Made by a program: the position numbers and the translations under genes
Source of the DNA: a virus
Lineage: Duplodnaviria > Caudoviricetes
DNA: 38,629 nt
Strand: one strand, 5' to 3'
Virus record (IMG/VR): IMGVR_UViG_3300007363_002496
Span: 1-38,629 of that record
Notes under the pieces: model-generated
What the model was told of the DNA's origin: nothing
Seen by the model: only the letters and a program-made list of their open reading frames with translations
Database searches by the model: none
Part shown: positions 9,169 to 19,448 of the stretch, in pieces
How positions within the stretch are numbered: position 1 is the stretch's first letter
How the letters are laid out: every line of letters begins with the position of its first letter

Positions 9169-10542
9169 ATGGCAGAACAAACCTACACAGTAAAAGCGGG
9201 GGATACTCTCTCTAAAGTAGCATCACAATTTGGCGTAAGTCTGAATCAGATTTCAGGCTATAAATCTGGCGATCCTAACAAAATTGGTGTGGGTGAAACA
9301 TTACGTATTGCAACTCAACCGCCCGCACCAGTTAATACTGTAAACGCTACAAACCTTGGCCAGAATCAATTTGTGGTCCCACCAGTACCACCAGTCACTG
9401 GTTATGATGGGTTAATTAAAAGTAGCCAAGCAGCTATAACCACGCTCACGCCGGAAGTCGACAAGGGTAAAACCGACATCCAAACCAAGTACGATCGATT
9501 AGGCCAGCTTCCTACTGAGCGTGCTGACGGCTATAAAGAGTCTGGCGTGTACGACAAGCAAGCGGAATACAACCGCATGGTTAATACCATCAATCAAAAA
9601 GAGCTCGGCTACCAAACTCGCATTGATAAAATCCGAAACGAGAATCCAACTGGCCAGCTCACTGAAGGCCAGCAAATTGCTATCGACAAACTCGGCAAAG
9701 ATTGGGCTATTGAAAAAGCTGCCCTCAGTATTTCTGCTGCTTTTGCCAAAGATGACTACACCACGGCCAAACAAATCGTAGATGATCGCATCGATGCGGA
9801 AACGGAAGGGCTGAAGAATGAGCTTGAAGGCTTAAAGTTTTTCTATAGTGAAAACCAAGACCGGCTGACTGACGAGCGCAAACAAATACTTGAATTCCAA
9901 ATTGCTCAAGTAGAAGAAGAGAAGGCCCAAAAAGAAGAAGTGCTATCACAGATTGGTGCGATTCAACTAGCAGCCGCTGAAAACGGTGCACCGGCTGACG
10001 TTATTGTAGGCATCGGAAAGGCCACTGACCTCACCACTGCTATCACCAAGGCTGGCTCATGGGTAGACCAAACCATCGATCGTAAGGGTACTAGTGGCGG
10101 GGGCTCTAGCCTTATTGATTTAGCTCCAGAAGATGAACGTATCCTTGCTGGTGCTGGCTTTTCTACTGCTGATATTAAAGATATTCAAAAATCTGTCGCG
10201 GAATTTGGTATTGAAGCCACCATTAACGCACTCTCTACAGATGCCCAGAAAGCTGCGGTCCGTAAGGTATACAACGTGGCTGAAGGTGAAACTATGTACA
10301 CGCCAGAAAAAATTAACACTGCTGCGACTATGAAAAAAGCTCAAAGCTGGCTCAAAGCTAATTTCACTGAACAAGAGATCATTAAGAAAGCCCGCGATGC
10401 TGGTGTAGGATCACGCCGATTCTGGTTTGATAAATCAGATTCCGAAGTGCTGGCTGAATATCTAAACTCTGAAAAAGCTCGCCAAGAGTATGTTGACTAC
10501 TTAACAGAAACCGCGCGATCCGCTGGCAGACTGCAAGAGTAA
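9169..10542 (+). CDS. LysM-domain coiled-coil protein, probable ejection/internal virion protein
   Basis: N-terminal YTVKAGDTLSKVASQFGVS...DPNKIGVGETLRI is a LysM domain; the rest is helical. Confidence 0.8.
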   Translation: MAEQTYTVKAGDTLSKVASQFGVSLNQISGYKSGDPNKIGVGETLRIATQPPAPVNTVNATNLGQNQFVVPPVPPVTGYDGLIKSSQAAITTLTPEVDKGKTDIQTKYDRLGQLPTERADGYKESGVYDKQAEYNRMVNTINQKELGYQTRIDKIRNENPTGQLTEGQQIAIDKLGKDWAIEKAALSISAAFAKDDYTTAKQIVDDRIDAETEGLKNELEGLKFFYSENQDRLTDERKQILEFQIAQVEEEKAQKEEVLSQIGAIQLAAAENGAPADVIVGIGKATDLTTAITKAGSWVDQTIDRKGTSGGGSSLIDLAPEDERILAGAGFSTADIKDIQKSVAEFGIEATINALSTDAQKAAVRKVYNVAEGETMYTPEKINTAATMKKAQSWLKANFTEQEIIKKARDAGVGSRRFWFDKSDSEVLAEYLNSEKARQEYVDYLTETARSAGRLQE

Positions 10543-10554
10543 CCAACATGCACT

Positions 10555-13500
10555 ATGACTACTTCTCTCTACGAAAGAATCAAAGAACAGCAAACTGCTA
10601 GGCAGAAGCCAGTAAAGCCATTACTGAATACTACTGGTACAACTCCCCTATTCATCCAGCTCCTTACTAAGACCACGCCAGCACCAAAGCAAACACCAGC
10701 CGACCAAGCTGCGATTATTCAACGTGACCGGGAGCGTGGGGTATCTATCTCGCAAGGCACCCCAGATCCAGTACAGATTCAACGCCAGTCACTCAGTAAG
10801 ATTCCAGTCATTGGTAAATTTCTTACTGGTACTGGTCCACAAGGGCCATCAAACAGCTTATACGAGCCAGGCTCATTTCAGCAGTCTCTTGTAGAGAAAG
10901 GTGTAGTAGGATTTTTGGTAGAGGGTTTTCAAAAAAAACTTAATCCAACACGTGCTGAAGTAGGTGAGCGCATCTTTTCTCGGTATGAAGATTTGGCTGA
11001 TGTGGAACCGGATGAAGATCGCCGACTACGCCTTGCGGTAGAAGATACAATTGCCAACACACCAGGCACTGCTAAAAATATTCAAGATTTAATGAAGCCA
11101 GGTGTCGTACTTTCAAAGCAAGAAAAGGAAGCATTGTTTTGGACGAACCTACTTGAAGACACATTTGCGGTCCTTGATGCACCAGTGTTTATTGGTAGTA
11201 CCAAAATTCCAAAAAATGCCCTTCTTACCTTCTTAAAAAAGACTGACGATATTGATGAAATTATTCCACGCCTACGAATGGTGGGTATTTCAGCGGACGT
11301 GGCTGAAGATGTTGCACCAAAAATTGCCAAGTCGACTAATGAAATTCAGATTGCACGATACCTCGAAGATGCAAAGAAAGCAGTTACTGAAAACACCAAG
11401 CCATCACTTTTTAATCGAGTAAAGGAAAGTATCACTACCAAGCTGACACCGGGCAAAGTAGACCGCTTCTCTGAAGCAGCACAAAGTGGTGGAAGAGTAG
11501 CTGATGAAGTCACACCATCAACCGTCATAAAGCGTGCCGATGAAGTGAAAGAAGGGGAAATAGAACGCTTTTTCAGATCATCACAAGGGGGTAGTAAGTT
11601 TGAAGAAATTGTACCGGATGATGTGGTCCCCGCTTTTATTCGTGAAGACCTTGATACCTTTATAGTGAAGCAAGGCGATGAATTCCAAGTGATTGAAGGT
11701 AAAACCGGCCAGCAGATTGGTGACGGTGGGCGTAACGTAGCGGAAGCAGTCCAGAAGGCCAAGGCAGAAGTGGAATCAATGGGGAATGAGCGACTATCTG
11801 AATTTATTTCTAACTCACCGCTATCCCCACGTTATACACAGGTACGTGCGGAAGTACCAAAAGAAGCGCCTAAACAAACATTAAAACAGCCACCACGTAA
11901 GCTACCAAAGGGTGTAATCACTGCTGACCAGCTTCGATTAACTGACAAAGCAGCCGCACGTAGACTGGCCAAACTAGAAAGAATGGCTGAAACTGCACCG
12001 ACTGTTGATAAGTTTGTGGATAACACTGGCATTACCAAAGAAGCATTGGATATGACTGTGAAGAAGCAGGGGTATAAAGATGCCAATGAATTCTATGAAG
12101 CCAATAAAGCTGAGCCAATGAGCCAAGCGGAAATGAATGTCCGAAAGAGTAAAGCTGAACCAGATAACCGAGTGGCACCGGATGAAGACCAAGCATACTC
12201 ACTCATGGCTGAACAATACGAAGGTAGTGATTTTGTGATGAACGTAAAAGCTTCTGAAGCTGAGGAAGTGGTAGACAACTTGCGTGCGGTTTTTGCTGAT
12301 ATGAAAGGGATTGAAGTAGAGGACGCACTGAAATTCACTGAAGAAGACTTGGATAAAATCGAGATGGAATACCAATTCTTGATGGATGCACTCATGGATG
12401 ATCCAGCTCGCCAGCTAGTGAAGTACGTATCAAAAACCACCGGCCGGCTACCAGAAGTGACCGGAAAGGATACGATGATGGATCTTCGCGGCGGTAAAAA
12501 GGAAGTACGCAATAGTGAATTCGGAAAGCGTGGCGACCAGATTCTTCAAGAAGTCTTTGGGTACGAACGCCAAGTGACTCGAGAAGAAGCCCAGGAGTTT
12601 GTAGAAGCGTACATGAAGCGCCGTGATGAAGCACGTGAAATCTTTACCAACCTCAAGCAAATCCGCAACAGTATTCGGCTCGCAAAGCAAATGGATACCT
12701 TTGTTGAAGTGAATCAAAAGAAACTGGCTAATGAATTCCAGAAAAACCGCAAGGCTCTTACTGCCATTGTCGAAGCGGCTGAACGTGCTGGCTTCCGGAA
12801 GGGTGTAGAGCGTGGCAATCGAAAGTACGAAATCATGGTGGAGAAGCTACGGTCCCGCCGTAATACCCTAGGGGGTATCAAGTGGCGCTACTCACTCTCA
12901 TCCGGTGAAATGCAAAAAGCCATGGAATTCGCGCAGAAAGAGATGAACGATATCGCTATACCAGACGATCCTCGCTTCATGACCAAGGCTGAATTCACTG
13001 AATACAGTGCCAAGCTAGAAGAGTATGCACAAAACCTTGAAGCAAGGCGTATTGAACGTGGCATTGTAAAGACCATCATTGAGCAGAAGGAACTTAAGAA
13101 TACTGAAAACCTACGTGAAGTAATGGGCTTGCCACCGCTGTCACAGATGTCACTTGAAGAGATGGGGCGCTATGAAAAGGTGCTCAATAAATTCCGTGAC
13201 GGTGATGAATTCTTATCGAAGCGTACCTTGGAAGTAATCGATCGCACTGCTTTGAAGGGGGCACGTACCGTAAGACAGGTCCAAGAATATCTGGCTAAAG
13301 AGATAAAGACCGTACTAGGCCGAGACGTGTCACCAGATGAGCTACAGAACCTCACAGCTAGTGCGGGCGATTATCTACGCTGGGATACTGCTTTGGCTGA
13401 ATCTAAGCCATTTTACGGCTTCATGGTGAATCGTGCACAGAAACACATCATGGACGGTGAAGCCAATTTCCTACGGATACAGGATCGAGCCTTCCAATTG

Positions 13501-15384
13501 GCTGAGAAGGCAAAGAAATCTCGCGTGAAGGCCAATACCGCCAAGATTAAATCACTGAAGGCTGAACTACGCACCACTACTGATCCAGATGCTCGCCGCG
13601 CCATCAAGAAGCGTATGAAGACTTTGGGCTGGCGCGCAAACGTAAAGCAAACAGTGGTCCCTACCTACACTCGCATCATTAAGTACCTCGAAGCGCGTGG
13701 TGATGAAAAAGAAATGTTTTGGAAAACACTGACCAAACCAGAACAAGAATACGCCACCTTCATTCGAAACTACTACAACAGTGCATACAACTACCTCTCG
13801 TACATCAACGAGCTTCACGGAAGCCGTTATATTGATGCTTACTTTACCCATGTCCGCAAAGGATTCCTCGAAAAGTGGACAGATGATGGTTTTGTGGCCG
13901 CAATCAAAAACATGTGGGATGCACAAAAAGAAGATATGGCCATCGCCAACATCATCGACTCTGATACTGGCCGAATTCTTCCAAAATCTAAATTCTTCCA
14001 GTACACCCTCGAGCGTACCGGCGTAGGTGAAACTAGCCAGAACCTCACACAAGTATTCCTTCAGTACGCTAAGCTACTCGAGCGTAAGAAGATGCTGGAT
14101 AAAATGGTGCCAGAACTGGACGTATACACCTCGTCACTGACACCAAAAGAGCTTACTCAACGTGGACTCGAGATGGATCGAACCATGAAGGAGTTTGTAA
14201 ATAACTACCTCAACAACAAGCGCGGCCGCCGATTTAATTACGGTGGACTGGTAAAGCAAAACGGTCCGGCTGATATCTTGCTTCGAACTGGTAACACCCT
14301 CGTATCATTTATGGACTTGGGGCTTAACTTCCTTGCTGGTAGTGCTTCGCTGGTGGGTGAACAGGTGACTAACTTCGTGGCTCTTGGGAATCGTGGCACG
14401 CTTCGTGGCTTCAAGCGCCGTATTTGGGACACTGGTATCAAGCGTTTGGTAGATCCTAATGCAGCAAAAATCCTAAAGGAAGCTGAGCCATTTATTGGCC
14501 GCAACATCTGGACTGAAATAGCAGAAGTCGACAAGCCAATCTTTGACAAAGCCATGCAAGCGATGTTTGGTTTATTCAGTCAGTCTAGCGTGGAAGCAAA
14601 TAAGATTTTCCTACTTGGTAGCATCACTGATGCTGAACTGAAAGCAGGGAAGCTGAGTGCACAACGTATGGCTGATATGCGTTTGGAAGCTGGCCGATGG
14701 CGTGACATGGGTGACAGTATCAAGTCAATCGTGGGAGCTACATCTCCGGGCGGTGCGTACACCAAGTACAAAGGCTGGGCTATTCCAATCATCCGCACCA
14801 CCATCAAAGACATCACCACAGTGGCATCGATGCTCAAAAAGGGTGAATTTAAAAAGACTCTTGGTGCCAAGGAAACGCGAGAACTTATGCGTGCAATTGA
14901 AGCTACCACTGCTGCAGTCGTGGTCGGTATGGTTATTGCTGCTGAAGAGGGTGATGATTCACCAATTGCAAAGCTTCGCAACCGTATCAAACAAGAAACC
15001 CTAACCATTTTAGGCGGTGTGGATCCTACTGTATTCCTTGCCACCCCACGCCTTTACTCATGGCTACAGCAAATGGCTACCAACCTCAAGCAATTGGCGC
15101 TACTTGAAGAGTACAAGACTGATTCAAAGTACGGTGACGAAGGGGACTTGAAAGGCTTGGGCGGTATCAAACAGCAATTTACACCAGGATTCATCCGTCA
15201 ATTCCTTGGTGAAAATAAATCGACTTCAAGTATTTTGGACAGTATTCCAGAAAGTAAATCACCACGTAGTGCGCTAGAAGAGCTAGAAGCATTGGATGAG
15301 CTCGATACTGCTGACCTTGATGCACTTAACGAACTCGACAATCTGGACGACCTCGATGCCCTAGACGAATTAGATTCACTATAA
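10555..15384 (+). CDS. 1609-aa helical protein, probable large ejection/internal virion protein
   Basis: Size, composition and position in a podoviral tail module; no catalytic motif recognised. Confidence 0.6.
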   Translation: MTTSLYERIKEQQTARQKPVKPLLNTTGTTPLFIQLLTKTTPAPKQTPADQAAIIQRDRERGVSISQGTPDPVQIQRQSLSKIPVIGKFLTGTGPQGPSNSLYEPGSFQQSLVEKGVVGFLVEGFQKKLNPTRAEVGERIFSRYEDLADVEPDEDRRLRLAVEDTIANTPGTAKNIQDLMKPGVVLSKQEKEALFWTNLLEDTFAVLDAPVFIGSTKIPKNALLTFLKKTDDIDEIIPRLRMVGISADVAEDVAPKIAKSTNEIQIARYLEDAKKAVTENTKPSLFNRVKESITTKLTPGKVDRFSEAAQSGGRVADEVTPSTVIKRADEVKEGEIERFFRSSQGGSKFEEIVPDDVVPAFIREDLDTFIVKQGDEFQVIEGKTGQQIGDGGRNVAEAVQKAKAEVESMGNERLSEFISNSPLSPRYTQVRAEVPKEAPKQTLKQPPRKLPKGVITADQLRLTDKAAARRLAKLERMAETAPTVDKFVDNTGITKEALDMTVKKQGYKDANEFYEANKAEPMSQAEMNVRKSKAEPDNRVAPDEDQAYSLMAEQYEGSDFVMNVKASEAEEVVDNLRAVFADMKGIEVEDALKFTEEDLDKIEMEYQFLMDALMDDPARQLVKYVSKTTGRLPEVTGKDTMMDLRGGKKEVRNSEFGKRGDQILQEVFGYERQVTREEAQEFVEAYMKRRDEAREIFTNLKQIRNSIRLAKQMDTFVEVNQKKLANEFQKNRKALTAIVEAAERAGFRKGVERGNRKYEIMVEKLRSRRNTLGGIKWRYSLSSGEMQKAMEFAQKEMNDIAIPDDPRFMTKAEFTEYSAKLEEYAQNLEARRIERGIVKTIIEQKELKNTENLREVMGLPPLSQMSLEEMGRYEKVLNKFRDGDEFLSKRTLEVIDRTALKGARTVRQVQEYLAKEIKTVLGRDVSPDELQNLTASAGDYLRWDTALAESKPFYGFMVNRAQKHIMDGEANFLRIQDRAFQLAEKAKKSRVKANTAKIKSLKAELRTTTDPDARRAIKKRMKTLGWRANVKQTVVPTYTRIIKYLEARGDEKEMFWKTLTKPEQEYATFIRNYYNSAYNYLSYINELHGSRYIDAYFTHVRKGFLEKWTDDGFVAAIKNMWDAQKEDMAIANIIDSDTGRILPKSKFFQYTLERTGVGETSQNLTQVFLQYAKLLERKKMLDKMVPELDVYTSSLTPKELTQRGLEMDRTMKEFVNNYLNNKRGRRFNYGGLVKQNGPADILLRTGNTLVSFMDLGLNFLAGSASLVGEQVTNFVALGNRGTLRGFKRRIWDTGIKRLVDPNAAKILKEAEPFIGRNIWTEIAEVDKPIFDKAMQAMFGLFSQSSVEANKIFLLGSITDAELKAGKLSAQRMADMRLEAGRWRDMGDSIKSIVGATSPGGAYTKYKGWAIPIIRTTIKDITTVASMLKKGEFKKTLGAKETRELMRAIEATTAAVVVGMVIAAEEGDDSPIAKLRNRIKQETLTILGGVDPTVFLATPRLYSWLQQMATNLKQLALLEEYKTDSKYGDEGDLKGLGGIKQQFTPGFIRQFLGENKSTSSILDSIPESKSPRSALEELEALDELDTADLDALNELDNLDDLDALDELDSL

Positions 15385-15388
15385 GCGA

Positions 15389-15417
15389 CTGACCAATTAT
15401 TAACCCTGTGCGATACT
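15389..15417 (+). promoter_or_regulatory. GACCAA-class promoter, leaderless
   Basis: CTGACC-AATT, 17 bp, TG-C-GATACT, 6 nt, ATG 15424. Confidence 0.65.
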
Positions 15418-15423
15418 TAAATC

Positions 15424-16254
15424 ATGGCATCCGAGAAAACAAAAGAGCAGCGATATGAAGACTTAGTGAACGCCGTAGCTGGCGGGGAACTTAAAATGGT
15501 AAAGTTTCTCTGGAATCTTTTGTCCGAAATTGATGCAAAAGTATCTAGTACATGCACTAAAATCGCTGACGAACGCTATAAAAATGTTGATACGCTCTTG
15601 GCAAAGCTTCGCGCGAATCCACCAAAGGATGGAAAAACACCAAGCAAAGCTGAACTGATGGCACTAATAAAGCCACTTATTCCTAAACCAGAAAAGGGAG
15701 AGGATGGCAAAACTCCTACTAAAAAAGAACTGCTTGCGCTTATTGAACCGCTGATACCAGAAGCGCCAATTGCTATTCCTGGTAAGCCAGGGAAAGACGG
15801 AAAGCCAGGAGTTGGCCGTGTCCCTCGACATGAGTGGCGGGGTACTTTTATTCGTTTCGAACAGCCCGACGGTGAATTTGGTCCGTGGGTGAACCTACAA
15901 GGCGCACCGAGCGAACCAATTCAATACGGTGGGAGTATGCCATCTGTTACTGTGATTCAAGGTAATAATCGCTTTGAAGGTGTAGCAAAGATTGTACTTG
16001 ATGAGAACCTAACCGCTACACGTACACCAAATGGTATAGTCATTTCAGCACCTTCCGGTGGTGGAATGACTGAGCTCACACCACTAGAATCACCAGATGG
16101 AATCCTTACAGTTTTCACTTTTACTCAGAAACCAAAATTTATTCTTACTGAGATCAGTAACTTCGTAGAGGGCGCTGGCTATGGTTTTACCTGGGCTGGA
16201 AGTGAAGCCACCTTACCAATAGCACCGAGTACATTTGTGCGCGGTTATGTATAA
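15424..16254 (+). CDS. Collagen-like (GxY) fibre-associated protein
   Basis: PGKPGKDGKPG, two DGKTP..ELxALIxPLIP repeats, WVNLQG. Confidence 0.7.
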   Translation: MASEKTKEQRYEDLVNAVAGGELKMVKFLWNLLSEIDAKVSSTCTKIADERYKNVDTLLAKLRANPPKDGKTPSKAELMALIKPLIPKPEKGEDGKTPTKKELLALIEPLIPEAPIAIPGKPGKDGKPGVGRVPRHEWRGTFIRFEQPDGEFGPWVNLQGAPSEPIQYGGSMPSVTVIQGNNRFEGVAKIVLDENLTATRTPNGIVISAPSGGGMTELTPLESPDGILTVFTFTQKPKFILTEISNFVEGAGYGFTWAGSEATLPIAPSTFVRGYV

Positions 16255-16263
16255 TATTAAAGT

Positions 16264-18231
16264 ATGAAACAATTATTTATTGCCGTAATGGCCTTCTTCT
16301 TTGTCACTTCAACCGCATACGCGGTTTCGACACAGTTAGATTTTTCAAATGGTGTAGTCCGCTTTTTCAAGCCAATGCACACAGCTTCACTGCAAGTACC
16401 AAGCGTTATCGCAACATCAACCACTGCAACTTCCAGCTTCCCTATTCTTTCGGTAGGTAAGCTCTTAACCGAAGGTACTAGTGCTGGTGGTTTTACCACT
16501 TTTGATTCTACCAGTAGACTTGTTCAAGAGACATACCAAAAAGCAGAATACCCCGGCCACTATAGTGAACTTCAACGCCTTATTTGGCGTGATGATCTTG
16601 CCAAACCAGTAATAGCTTTTCAGGATGGATCCGGTGCAAATACAGCAACGCCTAAATCAAAAGCATGGCTGGTAGCACACAACCTCTCAAATGGTACTCA
16701 ACCATACGCAAACTTTGCTTCCTTCCCTGCTACTGTATACGGTCCAAACACTACCCCTGCACAAGCGGACTATTTCTACATGGATGAAGCCACTGACACG
16801 TTTTACCGCTGGGATGGAGTAACTACTACTAATAACGGCACAATCGCGGCAGGATCATGGGTAGCACTCACGGCACTAGAAGAGCTGTATGGTCCAAGAC
16901 ACCAACATTTTTCAGTTGAAACTACGGATGATGGTGGAAACAATCTGTATACCAGATGGGCAGTGCAATACGATGAAACTATTCCACTTCAGTCATTTGT
17001 GAATAGTAACTACCGCTTTTATGCTGGTACATTCCTTGGCCAAGACTATGGAAATTTCATCATGGATGGCCGGATGTACAACACCAACGACTTCCAGTTT
17101 TACCCTACTGCTACTAACACCAACGACCATAAGAACCTAGTCAGCAACAACACCAAAGGTTTTCGCATCCAGAAATCATCCCAACCTATCACTGGTACGG
17201 AAGAAACAACACTGAGCGCACTAGGATCTAACTTTCTCTTTGTAAATGATGCACTCAACGTGCTTTCTACTGGCTATTACAGTGGGAATTTGAGTGTAGG
17301 TACTACTAACGCAAACGCTAGAGTGACCATTCAAGGCACCGGATCAAATGATTTGCTTGATGTCGATAATAGCAGTGGCAGTAGTGTCTTCACCATTCTT
17401 GCTAGTGGCGCTACACGACTCCTTGGAATCACTGAACCAACCGCACCATCGGCCGGTAATCTGCTAACATATGCAAAAAACATAGCTGGCGAACTATTTC
17501 TTTTCATTAAGAATCCGGCTGGCCAATCAATGCCAACACAAGATGCGTTTTGGAATCAAGCCACTTACATGTGGAAGCCTACCACCGCTACTGATGGTCT
17601 TTGGATAGGTACTGCCGGAGCCGGCGCTGGTACGTTTGCCAACACGCTTCCTTCAAACAGCACTCTCTACACTCAAATGAAGCGAGCTAGATACTCAAAC
17701 GTAGCTACTACTACAAACCAAGTACTTGGCCAGCGAAATACTGAAGCGATGTGGTGGCGTGGTGATTCAGCCGGAGAAGGGGGATACTTTGTGTGCTCAA
17801 ACTTTGGGTACAACACTTGGACTAATGGCAGTCGCCATTTCTTTGGTTTACATTCTGGAACCACTGTAGTTTCAGCCGAACCATCAGCACTTAACAACAC
17901 AGTCGGATTTGCAGTAGATTCCGGTGATAACGGCGCAATTTCATTCTTGACTCGAGATGGTAGTGCTGCTACTAAAGCACCAACTGGCTTGACTATTGTG
18001 AGTGGCAAAGGGTACAAAGCATGTTTCTACGCAGCACCAAACAGCTCATCAATTGGCTGGTGGATTAAAGACATAAACACTGGTACTGAAGCATCTGGTA
18101 CAGCCACAAATACTCTTCCAACCAACACTACTTTCCTCACTGTAGGGGTCCTCGCATCAAATGCGGCACTGACAGCAGCTAACGCAACACAATTGGAAGT
18201 CAACCAAATCACGGTCCAGTCTGATTACTAA
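16264..18231 (+). CDS. Tail-fibre/adhesin-like protein with N-terminal signal peptide
   Basis: T/S/G/N-rich beta protein; GNLSVGTT fibre motif; MKQLFIAVMAFFFVTSTAYA signal-like start. Confidence 0.65.
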   Translation: MKQLFIAVMAFFFVTSTAYAVSTQLDFSNGVVRFFKPMHTASLQVPSVIATSTTATSSFPILSVGKLLTEGTSAGGFTTFDSTSRLVQETYQKAEYPGHYSELQRLIWRDDLAKPVIAFQDGSGANTATPKSKAWLVAHNLSNGTQPYANFASFPATVYGPNTTPAQADYFYMDEATDTFYRWDGVTTTNNGTIAAGSWVALTALEELYGPRHQHFSVETTDDGGNNLYTRWAVQYDETIPLQSFVNSNYRFYAGTFLGQDYGNFIMDGRMYNTNDFQFYPTATNTNDHKNLVSNNTKGFRIQKSSQPITGTEETTLSALGSNFLFVNDALNVLSTGYYSGNLSVGTTNANARVTIQGTGSNDLLDVDNSSGSSVFTILASGATRLLGITEPTAPSAGNLLTYAKNIAGELFLFIKNPAGQSMPTQDAFWNQATYMWKPTTATDGLWIGTAGAGAGTFANTLPSNSTLYTQMKRARYSNVATTTNQVLGQRNTEAMWWRGDSAGEGGYFVCSNFGYNTWTNGSRHFFGLHSGTTVVSAEPSALNNTVGFAVDSGDNGAISFLTRDGSAATKAPTGLTIVSGKGYKACFYAAPNSSSIGWWIKDINTGTEASGTATNTLPTNTTFLTVGVLASNAALTAANATQLEVNQITVQSDY

Positions 18232-18240
18232 CAGTAAAAA

Positions 18241-18269
18241 AAGACCAAAACTCAAAAATAAATTACAAT
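18241..18269 (+). promoter_or_regulatory. GACCAA-class promoter of the lysis cassette
   Basis: AAGACC-AAAA, 17 bp, TACAAT. Confidence 0.7.
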
Positions 18270-18290
18270 GTTGGTATAACATTGTAATTT
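18260..18290. repeat. Perfect 13-bp inverted repeat
   Basis: AAATTACAATGTT-GGTAT-AACATTGTAATTT. Confidence 0.9.
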
Positions 18291-18294
18291 TATT

Positions 18295-18567
18295 ATGGAC
18301 GCATCACTTCTTTCGATACTGCCAAACCTATCAATTGGGGTCATCTCAATACTAGGTTTAATCTACGTTGTCATTAAATTCTTGGATGCGCTCGACAAGC
18401 GTACAATCCAGCACGCAGAAGCCATGAAAGAGCGAGAGCAGGCACTACGCCAGGTAGAAAAGGATGTACGTGAGTCTCTATATAAACACCTCTCTGAATC
18501 CACTGTGGCTCTTGTAGAGAATACCAAAGTGCTGTCACGTGTTATTAGCCACTTAGATTCAAATTAA
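18295..18567 (+). CDS. Holin-like protein (one N-terminal TM helix plus coiled coil)
   Basis: Hydrophobic LSIGVISILGLIYVVIKFL, directly upstream of the peptidase. Confidence 0.6.
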   Translation: MDASLLSILPNLSIGVISILGLIYVVIKFLDALDKRTIQHAEAMKEREQALRQVEKDVRESLYKHLSESTVALVENTKVLSRVISHLDSN

Positions 18568-18569
18568 AT

Positions 18570-19433
18570 ATGGAACCAGTCACTAGGATCTACGGACTTG
18601 GAGCAGAACCATCACCAGTTGATATTCGTGACTTCACTTTCCTTCCGGATAAAAATCTACCAGTAACCATTCCACACCGTGGTGGCGAACGGTATAAGCC
18701 AGAAGACATTGAAGACCAACATCGAGTGGGTATCTGTACTGCTATCTCCCTCACTATGAACGCACGCAAAGCGCTGGGTATTAAATTCAGTGCCGACTTC
18801 CAGTACCTACTCCAAAAGAAGTTTTTTGATAAGAATTGGACTGAAGGATCTAGTGCCAAGAGCGCACTGCACATGGCGTACACTTACGGTTTTCTACCAG
18901 AATCAGAGTGGACGCACACCACTATTGAAGATCGTAAGCTCAGTTACTCAAAGTATATAGCCAAACTTCGGGCCATTCCCAATACTGAGATAGATCGATT
19001 GCTTAAAATTGCTGCCCAACATAAGCGATTGTCTGGGTATGCATCGGTCCCTGTGAATCGTGATAGATTAGCTGAAGCAGTAAATGAAAGTAAAACTGGC
19101 TTGATTGTACGCTTCGTAGTAGGGCGTGAATGGTATACCGCGCCTATAGAACCACTGAGAAGGGCAATAACACCGATTTCCGGGCATTTAATCACGTACT
19201 GTAACTATGACGGCATGTCATACCGTGTAGCCAACTCTTGGGGCGATGATTGGGCTGATAAGGGTACTGCATACGGACTTTTAACTACCTACCCACCTAC
19301 TGAAGCTTGGATCCCTTACTATTCTGAATTGCCACCAGTTATTGAAGACCAAAAGAAGCAACTTGAATCTTTATACGGCCAGATACTTAACCTGCTACAA
19401 AAAATGGTAGCGCTCATGAACCTCACCAAGTAG
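18570..19433 (+). CDS. Papain-like (C1) cysteine peptidase, putative lysin
   Basis: DQ..VGICTA (oxyanion Q, catalytic C), FSADFQY, SGHLI (H), VANSWGDDWADKG (N). Confidence 0.9.
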   Translation: MEPVTRIYGLGAEPSPVDIRDFTFLPDKNLPVTIPHRGGERYKPEDIEDQHRVGICTAISLTMNARKALGIKFSADFQYLLQKKFFDKNWTEGSSAKSALHMAYTYGFLPESEWTHTTIEDRKLSYSKYIAKLRAIPNTEIDRLLKIAAQHKRLSGYASVPVNRDRLAEAVNESKTGLIVRFVVGREWYTAPIEPLRRAITPISGHLITYCNYDGMSYRVANSWGDDWADKGTAYGLLTTYPPTEAWIPYYSELPPVIEDQKKQLESLYGQILNLLQKMVALMNLTK

Positions 19434-19448
19434 CACTGAATAACTAAA

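Noticed and set aside
12003-12023. TGTTGATAA and a perfect TGTGGATAA DnaA-box pair inside the 1609-aa gene
   Set aside because: Explained by the coding sequence (VDKFVDN); isolated, with no trios or AT-rich tract, and a few chance 9-mer matches are expected.
11082-15044. Many 60-160 aa minus-strand ORFs opposite long genes
   Set aside because: Antisense shadows of the plus-strand coding frames, with no motifs or expression signals.
10555-15384. N4-like virion RNA polymerase or tape-measure protein
   Set aside because: No polymerase motifs recognised; no tail tube or sheath genes, and the layout is podoviral.
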